From Tricharina praecox (lineage: Eukaryota), in the NCBI RefSeq assembly GCF_024521635.1, contig NW_026250415.1, positions 868,001 through 932,000 of the forward strand: a stretch of DNA of 64,000 nucleotides, read 5' to 3'. Every line of letters starts with the position of its first letter. Positions within the stretch are counted from its first letter, which is position 1. Both the position numbers and the translations under genes were made by a program. The notes under the pieces are model-generated. The model had not been told where the DNA came from, did not search any database, and worked only from the letters and a program-made list of their open reading frames with translations. Below are positions 52,351 to 64,000 of the stretch, piece by piece.

Positions 52351-53488
52351 GACGAACGGGAATGCGCGCGCGCGTTGGGAGGTGAAGGGTGCTCGGGCAG
52401 GCAGGCTGTTGATCTGCTTGCTAGATAATCTTTTTTGGAGGGAGAGCTCGAGAGAGCAGGATGATGGCCCAGTAGGAGGGGAATCTAGAGGGCGACAGGA
52501 GGAGACACTCTGGAATCGCCTTCTCTCATGGCGGGGACGGGGTAATCGCGAGGGGGAGAAGAGAACGAGAGTGCGAGCGAGTGGAGGATGAGTCGAAGAC
52601 GTATGAGTTGCGATAGTTCGTATGCAGGCAGATACTGATATAGAAATCAGCTGCAGTTCGATATGTACCGCGATAACTATTCTCCTGGCCGTGTGCTTGG
52701 TTGGTGACGAGAAAGGGTATTCGGTGCTTGGTATCTCTAGCAGGTGTTTCAAACATCTTGATTGGAGGAAGCTGCAGCTGGGGTCTGTGTGTGTGCGTTG
52801 CGTCAGAGCCTGCAGTCTAGGGGCCTGTTGCGGCTTATGTGCAGACGCCTTCGCGCTTAGCCGGTGCGCGACCCGGCCGCTGTGGACGCCGCAAGGAAGC
52901 TGTAGATACGCTGACGATCGGCCATCTAGAGTAGAGAGGCAGCAGACCATCTGGAAAGGCTCCAGGCCAGAGGCGATGGCATTTAACCAGGATAGTTATG
53001 TAAAGTGTTGAGGACATCGAGATCAGCACTGCAGACTGGGGACTTGGATTTGGTGGAGTTGCCAGACCGACAACGCTCGAGTACCGTAGGACGGGTCACA
53101 ACGGTCGGCCCGTTGCGCACCACCTTCGGTTCGCATGGAGTACTCAAGCACAAGCTTTCGGGTGGATCGAACCGGACCCAGCTCAAGTAGACCGAATTTC
53201 CATTGAATGTTCAATCCACAGCCGACGTGTGGCTCAGTCGGCTTGGCGTGGCGATATGTGGCGTTTTTGAGATGAACCTGCTCCCGTTGAGGGTGCGTAC
53301 CGTTCATGCTGCCATCCCTGTCCTCATTTGATATCGCGACTTGCCTCGGATAGTTCTCCCCTAGACTTCGAGCATCGCGACAAGAATCCCAGCAAACAAG
53401 AGGCGATCATCAACTACACAGAACCACCAACTGAGATCCTGTCCTTCCCGAACCCACTCCGCCCCTCGTTCATGCTTCGCCGAGCTTC

Positions 53489-56400
53489 ATGGCCGTGAAT
53501 GGCGATTTGAGCCCTCGGGCTCGCGACACCAACGAGTTCAATTGGTTCGTTGCGGCTCTCCCGGTCCGCGCCGCACGCCTAACTGACGTCTTTTAGGTTG
53601 TTCCTGGGGGAGCTGCTGGTCTGTGGAGTCGTGTAAGGAAACTCCGAGCCCCCTTTATCCTCTGAGAGCTGTCTAACGCCTGTTGACAGCACGTTGATCT
53701 TCCTCTTCTACTTCAACCGCGGCTTCGCCAAAATCATAACCATATTCGCGCGCATCTACCTCTGGTGGACCGGTAGCCCACACTACATCAATATAGAGTC
53801 GCTCCAGATATCCGTCCTCGCCGGCAGACTATTCTTCGGTAAAGTAATCTACCACGGCCCCAACGAGACGATCAGTATCGTTGGCGGTCAGATTACATGG
53901 CGGTATTGGTTACGGCGCGTGCGCAATGTTTCGTCAGATGGGACAGACGAGAGTGAAGGCGACGCCAAGGGGAAATATGGTGGGCTACCGTGCCGCATAC
54001 TGGTCGAGATGAAGGGCGTTGAGTGGTTCATCTACAACAGATCGCCACAATATGACTGGCTCATGGGCGAGATGGCAGCTGCAGCGCGTGAAGGGGATGA
54101 TCCAGACGTGACTCCGCCGCCGCCGCAGCCTCACGGCGCTGACGATTATCTGAACGGGCTTGATGGGGACGAGAAACACGACGATCCGAAGACCAGTTCT
54201 TCGACTTCCGGACCAAAGCAGTCCAGTGCAATGCCGGCGGTGGAGTCGTTCGAAGATATGGCGGCCAACTCGCCGTACCTCAGAATGCTCCCGATCAGAG
54301 TGGATTGTCATCGCGGTGCGGTAGTGATGGGGAATAACAACACCCCCAGTGTTCTAGTAGCACATTTCGAGAAGGCCCAGGGATATGTGGACGCTAGAAA
54401 GGTAGAGACTCTTTTAGGACTTCGAGAAGAAATTAGCCACACAATGCATACATTATTGAGCCCAATATTCAATATCTGACTACCGTTCTTTCATGCTTCC
54501 CGTGTTGGCGCTGAGCTGACCCACATGCGCAATCCAGTCTCGTTCTATCGACCAGTACAAACAAGTCTTCGATCTCAAGTTCACGCATCCTACTGTGCAG
54601 TTAAAACCAAATGCCAACTACAAGGAATCCCTTCTGGCTCGAGCAGACCGGGAGCAGTCCACAGCGGCCCCAAACCAGCCCACCCCGCCCATTCGCACTC
54701 GCCGCCAGAAACTCCGGGATCTAATCCCACTCTTGACTGCGTCGGCCGAATCCTTCAGTCCGCCCACAGGGTCGGCGAATGCACTGTCGGATCATCAGGA
54801 TAACCATGGACAGTGGATGGGCCTGAGCCGTTACCTTGATGAATCCGAGCATCATGGTGGCTGGAAATTCGAACCGCAGGAATATGCGAGTGTAACAGAC
54901 GTCCTGGATTGCGAGAGTGCTACATTCTGCCTGTATTGGGATGTGGTTGGGAAAGTCCCAACGTCTTCACCACCACCAAAAGAGGGCGGCAAGGAGAGAA
55001 ACGGCGAAGAATACTCAGCACCTGAGTTTGGCATAGATTTGTCGTTTGAGGGCGGTACGATCCATTATGGGCCATGGGCGGATCGTCAACGCATACACTT
55101 GCAAAACATGTTCTTCCCCAAGATCTACAAGACAGCAAAACCCGCCGAACCACTGCTACCTGGAGATGACAGAACCTACACCGAGATGAAGGTGTTCGTT
55201 GAGCTCTCGAGTTCGACAATCCTGAACATCCCGGTACGGGAGGCGAGTAAAGACTGGAAATACCGCAGTCGTCTCGAAGAAGGGCAGGTTCGACCATGTG
55301 GCTGGTTGGAAATCAAGGCGGGCAGGATGAGCACTCTCAGCTACAATATGGCGTATGTCGCATCGTCAAGCGGTTGGACGCATACGCTTGATCTCGAATT
55401 ACGAACACCTGAGGTCCGGACGTCTGTTAACCATGGTTTGCTATGGTCGGCTGCCAGCCAAACACTACAATGCGACCTTTCGGGCCCGTTGAAGTGGAAC
55501 GGTGATACGAAATGGGTGTTCAACAACGAATCGTCCGGCATGAAAGTGTTCCTCCTACGGGAGCACATTACACTCCTGACTGACCTGGCCACTGATTGGA
55601 CATCCGGCCCGCCTTCGGAGTATTGGACATTTGTGCCCATGATCTATGAGTTGAATCTCGAGCTGAAGGATTACGAATTCTTCCTCAATGTCAACGACCA
55701 AAATATCATCAACAATCCCAGCAGCTTCGAGGACAATACGTTTGTTGTACTCCGTAACTTGGGCGGTAATAACGGCTACCTAAAAGGATGCGTCGTCATG
55801 GATTTTAGAGAGTTCCGGCCACAGTGCTCAAAAGTAGAATTTACGGTGGAGACTGTGAGCAATACCGATATGGGGGGAATGCTTGAAGTGGGAGTCAGGA
55901 CGCCGATATGGAACACTTGGAATTGTTCCCTAAAGCAGCAAGAATCCTTAGGAAAGGTGGGACAAGTCAAGTTAAAGGGCAGTTACGAGTTCTTCGCCAA
56001 TACCTCTCCCGACCTGATTGACACCTTGAACCTAAATCTTGACGGCGAGCGGCTCCATTTGGTATTACATGGGTTTCTCATTCGATATTTCTTGACCATA
56101 AAGGAGAACTACTTCGGCGAAAACCTTCATTTCAAGACGCTGGAGGAATGGCAGAGTCGACAACAGGTAGAGGCGGGCGAGATTGCTCCGGGGCCTACCC
56201 CTCCGGCGTCGAAAAGCAATGATTTGGATGTTGTCCTTGGTGTCAGGGTTCGTGAACTGGAGATTCTACTGCCGAAGCACATATACGATGCAAAGGAGCA
56301 CGTGAAGCTTAAGACGCCGTCCTTGGGGCTCGATATGCGGTTTACGAACTACTACATGGGTAAGAAGTCTGCTCGAACCTATGAAAATCTCCACAAACTG

Positions 56401-59400
56401 ACGCAAAGTATCTACAGATCTGCAAGTAGACATGGCGCCTATATCCGCTTTCATCGGTAATTCTACCTCGGCTTTGCCCGAAATCTTTGTCGATGGCCTT
56501 ACAATATACGGGCACCGCCTCTTTGGATTGCCGCCAGTAGAGCCCACGTACGTTTGCAACTGGGACCTGAGTGTTGGTGATGTCGCCGGAGAATGCTCCC
56601 TCGAATTCTTGCAGACAGCAATCTTCGCGATGGGCTCCTTCGTCTTTAGCTTCAAAGATATCGAGAACGCGCTTCCGTTGCTTAGTATACCCATCGTTCA
56701 CGACGTGACTTTCGTGCGCTTGAGGGTCGGATCTTTACGCGTGTGGTTGCACATGGACGGGCCAATCGCCTTCCGTATGGTGGCCGATGAAGTGTCATTT
56801 GTATTGAACGACCTAGCAAATGAGCTCCATTCGGACCGGATCACGTTAAAAATTCCCGGCTTCAATGTTGTTTGTATGGATGTGGAGCGGAGAGACGTAT
56901 GGGGGACAAAAGGTTGCTTGGAAACAGAATTCAACGTCACTGTCCTAGGTAGGAAGAAGAATGCTTCTGAAGCGAGACGGCTGCAGCAGGAGCATGTGAG
57001 GGTCAGTGACGGACGCACTGGACGCGCAACTTTCTTGCTGGAGCAACAAGATGAAGGCAGTATTGCCAGTGGGCCGAAGCCTGCGAGTATGGCGTTGCCT
57101 GGGCTTCCGTTGCCTTTTGATGGTGAACATTTTCTCTCCGACAGATACGGATTCTAGAATGCTAACGATGGGTCAGATAACTCCGGATCGGTATATGATA
57201 GCAGTTCTATAGAGTCGGATAACTCCTCGCGGACAACTAGATCGTCCACCAGCAAGAGCAGCCACTCTTTTCTTGCTAATAGGCACCGATCGAACTCATC
57301 AGGTACGGCAAGCTTGATGCAATCAGCAAGCTCTCGTACGTTGTCTTTTTATTCCGCCATGGAGTCGATCTCGGATCCTCCGCCTCCAATTCCCCCATTG
57401 CCCAGGTGGAACCCGTCTACAACTCCCAGCGCAACAACACCGGGCTCCAGGGACTCTGTGCGTATGACACCAACTGGAATGCATTTCCATGGGCTTTCGT
57501 TGGAGATGACACCGAAACCGCTCGAGGTATCCTTATCAAGTCCCTTTTCGAGGCCGGACTTCCCTCTCGACGGTGTTGAGCCCGACCTTACCAAAGTACC
57601 CTCGCTCGGAACGAATGACAGCTCCCCTCGCCTTCGACAGCCTGTAGGCCATGTCGAGATCGTCACAGACGAAGAGTCATCCAGAGACAGTATCATCGTC
57701 GAGTTCGGCTCCGGAATTCGCGGTTACTGTACTCCCACTGCCTTGCGGGAATTTGCAAATCTACTTGAACGCATACAACCGCAGTCGCCAGAGGACGTCC
57801 TTGATTCCGTACAGACCAATGTCGTCTCAAGACTCTCCGAAGTGGTCAAGAAGCCAGATTCTCATGGAAAGGTGGTCGAACTCTACCTGCAACTTCCCCA
57901 GTTCAAGTTTTGCCTGGTGGACGACTTCGTTCCGCCGTCAGCTCAGGAGGGCCGTAAGGGAGGACACGCATTCAATCTAAACTTGCGGAATCTGCAAGTC
58001 ACTGCGCGATCCAGGAAACCGGCACTTACGGAAGAGGGTGGAAAGGAGGTCACTTCGGTGCATGTCTTGCTCGATTCATTGAGCCTAGACCTGAAGGACC
58101 TCACGCCGCGTCCGCTTCTGCAGATGTCGACGCAGCCGGCACTCGAGGTGGTAGTGGGAGAGCTCCTGTTCTGGGCGTCGAGCTCGGAAGCTGCCACTGT
58201 CTCTTTGCAGATCAAGAACCTCTCCTCATCTGCGCAAGGAACGCAGGCACTCTTCATCCACGACGTTGCCATGCGGACAGTCAAGGAAATGGAAGGAATC
58301 GCTGGGCGCTTCGCAAGGGTTTCCAGTGGCAAGCAGCGGAGAATGCAGCAGTTTATCTCTGCCCTAGCATCAGCAGGCGAGGAGCTCATGATCACGCAAG
58401 ATCCGGCGACGCTCACGAGGCCGTCCTACGTCCTCCGCTCGGCGACTAACCACGTGCGATTAAACGACTCGTGGAAAATCACCACCCGCCTCCGGCACAT
58501 CTGGCAATCACTCCCGGCCAGGGAGAAAGACGACCGCACTACCGCCTGCGTACAGAACGAGGCGCATCCGCCACACAGCGCGAAAGCTCGGCTCATTAAT
58601 GTTTTCCAGCGGTGGCGCGGCTGGGAGTTGGGGAATATCAAGGAGAGTATCATGGTTAAGCAGGTGTTTGGGGATGGCGAGAGCAGCAACTCGGCACCCG
58701 GTACTACGGCAAATCGAATGCTCAATTCGAAGTTCAGAATCGATTCGGTCAGGTTCCTGCTTGATCCGGGACCAACGCAACATGAGTTTGCGATCGATCA
58801 GTTGCAAGGACTGGTTATGGCTGGTATACCCACAGGCGGCGACCCGGCGCTAGGAGGTGATTCTATGGCAATGGTCGCTCCGGGCGTCCGTGTGAACACG
58901 GTGGTGCAAGTACATACGAGAAGTATTCGTCTAGGCGTTAGGTGGGAGTTCCTGGATATACTTGAGACTGTTGCAAACGGGCTTCAGAAGCGGCGTGGCA
59001 ATTCCGACACTCAGGGAACAGTCTCTGAAACCCCTTCCACTATTCCTACTTCGCTTTCGTCGAAGAGAAGAAACCGTTCCGACGGCTTCCATATGATCTT
59101 CGCCACGGACGACGGATCGCTATCACTCGACACGGTAAACTTGCGGGTCGTATCTCGTGTCCAGCACGTGCAAGCATCGGTCGTTCTATCCGAAAAGGAT
59201 GTCGATCCACAAGCCGGAAAGTTCGGCAACGTCGGTAACTTAATCCTTCGTGCCCGCCACGGGAAATCCGAGGTATGCCACGGCAACAAGATCCTTAGTG
59301 AGGCCAACATCCGTGCGCCCAGTCTGTATGGACATTTCGATGAGCATTGGTTTGTGGAGACGAAGTTCCACATATGGAAAATTGCGAGCTCGGCCGAGGA

Positions 59401-62400
59401 GATCACCTTCGATGTGCAGGAGGAGGTGCTGGGGCTCATGGAAGTGTTTGATTACCTCGTTACCGATGAGGTAGCCCATATTCAGCGGTTGATGAATACC
59501 CTGGACACGATCCAACCGCAGAGTACGGGTGCCGCCAGTCCGAAGTCGCCAGGCCTCTCGAAGAGAAAGGTTCATATGATATATGGCACGCTTTCGGTGG
59601 ATCAGTTCCGGATGGGAGCGAAGCTGTTGCCGTCGCTCACTTACCTGGTGCGCGGTGGAGGCGTCCAGCTTTCGGCGAAACCAAATTCGATGGACTCGAA
59701 GGAGATGATCGTCGATTTCGGCCTAGAACATCATGAACACGAAGTGTTCAAGTCTGTAGATTCGTCGGATCCAAGGGTCATCTCACTACTGCGACTACCG
59801 GCAATCAATGTCAGTATTCGAGACCGCAATGCAGAAGAGGAACGATTGGTAGAGGCGACTGTATCCATCGAAGCGATAACTCTCGATGCATCGTCGATCC
59901 AGAGTCTTCTCAACGCCATCAAAAAACCAGAGGTTGTCAAGGTGATCGAGGGCGTCCGCTCCGAGATGCAGGCTATCAGCTCGAAGCTTGGAGCCACCTT
60001 TGGCCGCAATAGAAAACCGAAGACAGCGACGCCGACGAAGCCTTCAAAACCATTGGTGTACCAAGCTCATGCCGGGGTTTCAAGTCTGAAGATTCAAACC
60101 ATGGCACCGTCTGCCAATCTGGAGGTGAATCTAGGGTTCATACAGCTGTATGCGTCCAACAGGCCTACGCTAACAGGGCCAGTGCTGTCGTTCCCTGATA
60201 TCCGCTTGGAGTTCGGGAGGATCACTGTGGAGTTGACGAGAACCGCCGAAGATGGGGCACGGGATACCTGCGGGTTCCTAGAGCTACATGCTTCGCTAAC
60301 GGCGTCGCTACAGCAAACCGAAGCTGGAAACTCACGGCCGGCGTTTTACATCCAGAGCCACTCCCTCAAGATTGATCTCTTCGCCGAAACGGCTTCGGCG
60401 GCTGTAGATGTGGTTGGACATCTCCAGGATCGGCTGAAGGACTTGGACCTCTCCCGGGAAGTCAAGTATTTGCGAAAGCTGCGCAATGCGAAACCGTTGA
60501 TCCAGCCATCGCCCGATCCCGATGCAAGCAGTCAGCTGGGACTCCTCAATACCGCGGTATCCATGGAAATGATGGGTATCAGGGTCTCCTGGATCGTGGG
60601 CGGAACAGCAACTACTCTGCCAAGTGGCATGCCGAAGCAGAACTTGGTGTTGTCGTTTAAACGGATTCATTTCTCCACGGCCACACGGAAAAGCAACGAG
60701 GCGAAACTCATTATTGAGGACTTTATCCTGCAGATGGTGGATGCCACAGCTGGCGAGGCTGTTGAGCGCTCAGAGAACTCCGCGCTCATGCCAGAAATCG
60801 TGTTCAAGGTGGCATACAACCTCAGTGCGACCGAGCGGCTGTTGGCATTTCAAGCAAAGGGCAGGTCACTCGACCTCCATCTTCAATCCTCTTGCGTACT
60901 CGCCGCGAACTCGATAGAGAATTCCATCTCCGAGGCGGTGCAGAAGTTTAGAGATGCATCTTCGAGCTGGAAATCGACGCTCACGCGCGGCGGAGAAGAG
61001 AGGACGAGTATGTTCAGCACCAAGCGTTTGGCCTCGGTAATGGTCGATGCCGATTTTGCGGGTGCGGTTGTGCATCTCGGACGGGGCCTAGATTCAGGGA
61101 TCGAGAAAAATAAGGCGCCCGGAGTGCAGAAGGGGAGGTATGGACAGTTTGCCCAAGGTGAAGCGAATGGTATCACGATGCTCAAGTCACCGGGGCTGGC
61201 ATTCAAGGTCGAATACACCGATCCAATCGATGAGGATCCGTCGCTCAGTGCCGAGATCAAAATCTCCGCATCAGATAACATGCTCTTCCCGTCTGTCGTG
61301 CCGCTGATCATCGAGATGTCGGACAACGTCAAGGAGATCATGAAGCAGCAGCCTACGGATACTAGCGATATGGCTGAGAAGATGGACAAAGCTGCCAAAG
61401 ACAGTCATAATCCAGTTGCTTCCGATCCGGCTGCGATCCTGGGAAGATGTCGTCTCAATATTGGGATACGAATCTGCAAGCAGGAGTTCACTCTGAGCTG
61501 TCAGCCAATCGCCAGAGTCGCAGCATCGGCTGGATATGATCAGATATATGCTACCATCAATACCTGCGACGACCCCGAAGGCGGGCGGTTCTACTCGCTC
61601 TCCGTGGCTATCAATGGCCTGAAGACATCGTTGCAACATGTCTACTCTCGTGAATCCACCGGAACTCTCGAGGTCGAATCAGTCACACTATCGTTGATGG
61701 ATAGCAAACACGTCATGGGCTCCGCTGGCCTCTCATGCATGATGAAGGTGAGCCCAATCAAGTCACAGCTCAACGTCAAGCAGTTCCAGGACTTCCTCCT
61801 CTTCCGGGAAATCTGGTACCCGGCAGAGATGCGAAATACTCCCACAATGCCGCTGGAGTCGACTGAAGACCCGTCGGCGATGCTGGTGCAAAGGTACCAC
61901 AAGGTCGCTGCGAAAAATGCGTTCCCGTGGAATACTACTGTTGCCGTTACAGAACTTGAGGTTCAGCTGGATTTCGGTCAATCACTAGGGAAATCGGCGC
62001 TGCTGATCTCCCGCTTCTGGATTACTTCTAGGAAGACGTCAGATTGGGAACAAGCTCTATGTCTGGGCTTCGATTCAATCCGCATCTCGTCGACCGGTCG
62101 TCTGGGTGGATATATCGATCTGAGTGGGATCAAGATCAGGACTTCGATCAACTGGGGCTCTGCCATTGAGTCTACGGATACCGTGCAGACACCGCTTATC
62201 GAGGCATCGGTGGGTTTCACAAAACTGGAGGCAAAGGTCTCCTTCGACTACCAGGCATTCCTGCTCGCCGATATCGCGACGTTCAACTTCTTGATGTACA
62301 ACCTGCAGGATGAGCGTACCGGCGGCGAGCGTTTGGTTGGGGTTCTCGACGGCGAACAAGTCCAGATATTTGCTACTACTCAAAGTGCCGCCCAGGGACT

Positions 62401-63518
62401 GGCACTATACCAAGCGTTTCAACGGCTATGGCAAGAGAAGCTCGCATCCTTCGAGGTGTCGCTAAAGGAGGTCGAGAGCTACTTAAACCGCCGACAATCC
62501 CACGCCCCGGCAATGCAAGAGAAACCGCAGCCCCCATCACGGAAGGCGTCTACGGCTTCATCCGCAATATCAGGCGTATTCTCACTGCACACGGATGTCG
62601 TCGTTAATCTCAAGGCAGTCCACCTCGGCGCCTTCCCTAGTACTTTCTACGACACCTCCGTCCTAAAGATGGAAGCCCTTAACGCCACCGCGCACTTCGA
62701 AGTCGAGACCGTCGACGTAAAACGAATCCACAGTATGCTCGAGATGAAGCTCGGAGAACTTAGTATTGCCCTCGCACCAGTTAAACAGGATGGGCAGGGC
62801 ACGACATTAGCCGATGTCAGCGTCGAGCGGGTCATCAATGGCATTGCGCAGGCAAAGCAAAAGTTGGGAACTAGGGGTATAATCTTGAAGGTCCCGCAGG
62901 TCACGGCGAAAATGCATACCTGGCATTCACCTGGCTCCGTGGCGGTGGACTACAGATTCCACTCTGCGTTCGAGGGCCAGGTCGAGGTCGGATGGAATTT
63001 TCATAGAGTGGGGTTTATCAAAAAGTATGTTCCCTTTCCCCCTCCCTTCATATGTATAATCTAACCCTCTCTAGTATGTACCACACCCACGCCAAAGCCG
63101 TCGCGCAGCGCCAGGGGCGCCCTCCCGTCTCCAGCCGGATTTCGATGTACACCGATGGCCCCGGGCTTGCCTCTGCCGCGTCGTCGGAAGACGGCTCTGA
63201 GAAGAAGACTAAGCAGAAGGGCAAGATCACGGCGGTCGTGGACGTGCCCCAGAGCAAATACGAATACAACCCGATTGATCCGCCGATTATTGAGACACCA
63301 CAACTGAGAGATATGGGCGAGGCTACGCCACCGATGGAGTGGATTGGGCTGCATAGAGAACGTTTGCCACATTTGACGCATCAGGTATGTTTAAGCTTCG
63401 ATCAGGATTGGGGAGTGGATATGGCTAATATGCGCTGCGCTAGATTGTTATCGTGGCCCTTCTGGAGGTTGCGAGAGAAGTCGAGGACGCGTATTCGAAG
63501 ATTCTGGGATCGAGCTGA
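53489..63518 (+). CDS. CSF1: Csf1 (bridge-like lipid transfer protein, BLTP1/Tweek family), ~3,200 aa, about 8 exons
   Basis: N-terminal TM segment FNWLFLGELLVCG...LFYFNR; ISVLAGRLFF, ITWRYW, GVEWFIYNR, YGPWADRQR, IKENYFG, PIIETPQLRDMGEATPPMEWIGLHR; introns 53545-53596, 53633-53689, 54402-54537 and near 56359, 57123, 63025, 63385. Confidence 0.92.
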
Positions 63519-63951
63519 GGAGTGGGCTTTGCTGCTACTGGAGAACTATAGAGGGATGGCGTTCATTGTATTGCGTACTCGTATTCTGTTTAAGTTTTCT
63601 CATGTCATTACTTGGTTATAATATCGCGGAGGCGTTGAAGTTTATACATTATGAGGCCCAGCGAGCCTGGGCTGGATGGTTGGTTTGTATTTTAGTTTCC
63701 ATATCAAGGGACAACATACCCTCACAAACTCTGCGAGGAGGATATCTCCAGAAATTTACTTCTTCTACAACATCAATTGTTTCGTCCATAACCTTCCCCC
63801 CTTTGCCAGCCTACCCTAGACCAAAGCTTCTCCGCACGAGTGCGTGATGGTTCGTCAACCGTGTGCTATAAACACCCCCTCGAGTCCGCAAGCAATCTGT
63901 GCCCATATAGAAACACTGTCGTCCAGAACACCAGAATACCATAGCTCCATA

Positions 63952-64000
63952 ATGCGTTCCATCACTTTCTTCACCGCCGTCCTGGTTGGTTGTGCCGTCG
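63952..64000 (+). CDS. 5' end of a probable secreted protein, cut by the window edge
   Basis: MRSITFFTAVLVGCAV looks like a signal peptide; TATAAA at ~63867. Confidence 0.5.
   Translation, partial: MRSITFFTAVLVGCAV

Noticed and set aside
54402..54537. Longer CSF1 intron as a possible snoRNA host
   Set aside because: CTGA motifs are present, but there is no C box (RTGATGA) or recognisable rRNA guide.

Overview
Eukaryotic DNA from a filamentous ascomycete. Short GT-AG introns with CTRAY branch points and the protein families suggest this; a Pezizomycetes-like origin is an inference only. The first ~11 kb is gene-sparse and rich in microsatellites and low-complexity sequence, with two genes (a Gyp8-like Rab-GAP and a DUF4210/FAM214-like protein). 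The rest is a dense run of conserved housekeeping genes, several as divergent pairs: SRP68, GCD7, a Yip1-family gene, IDH2, a 70-aa I9-type inhibitor gene missed by the ORF track, a mitochondrial BCKD/PDH kinase, SEC5, a Pet309/CYA-5-like PPR protein, an Fyv7-like gene, END3, RRB1, GCD1, TFG1, NMT1, YVC1, HEM4, HFL1/TMEM184 and a ~10-kb CSF1, then the start of a probable secreted protein. I found no transposon, rRNA, tRNA, CRISPR array or biosynthetic cluster, and no clear novel multi-gene system. The best leads are a ~310-nt self-complementary intergenic segment between NMT1 and YVC1 (candidate structured ncRNA), a C-terminal SKL on IDH2, the hidden I9 microgene, uORFs at HFL1 and CSF1, and a duplicated hydrophobic read-through tail behind the HEM4 stop. 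All product calls rest on remembered family motifs, not database searches.
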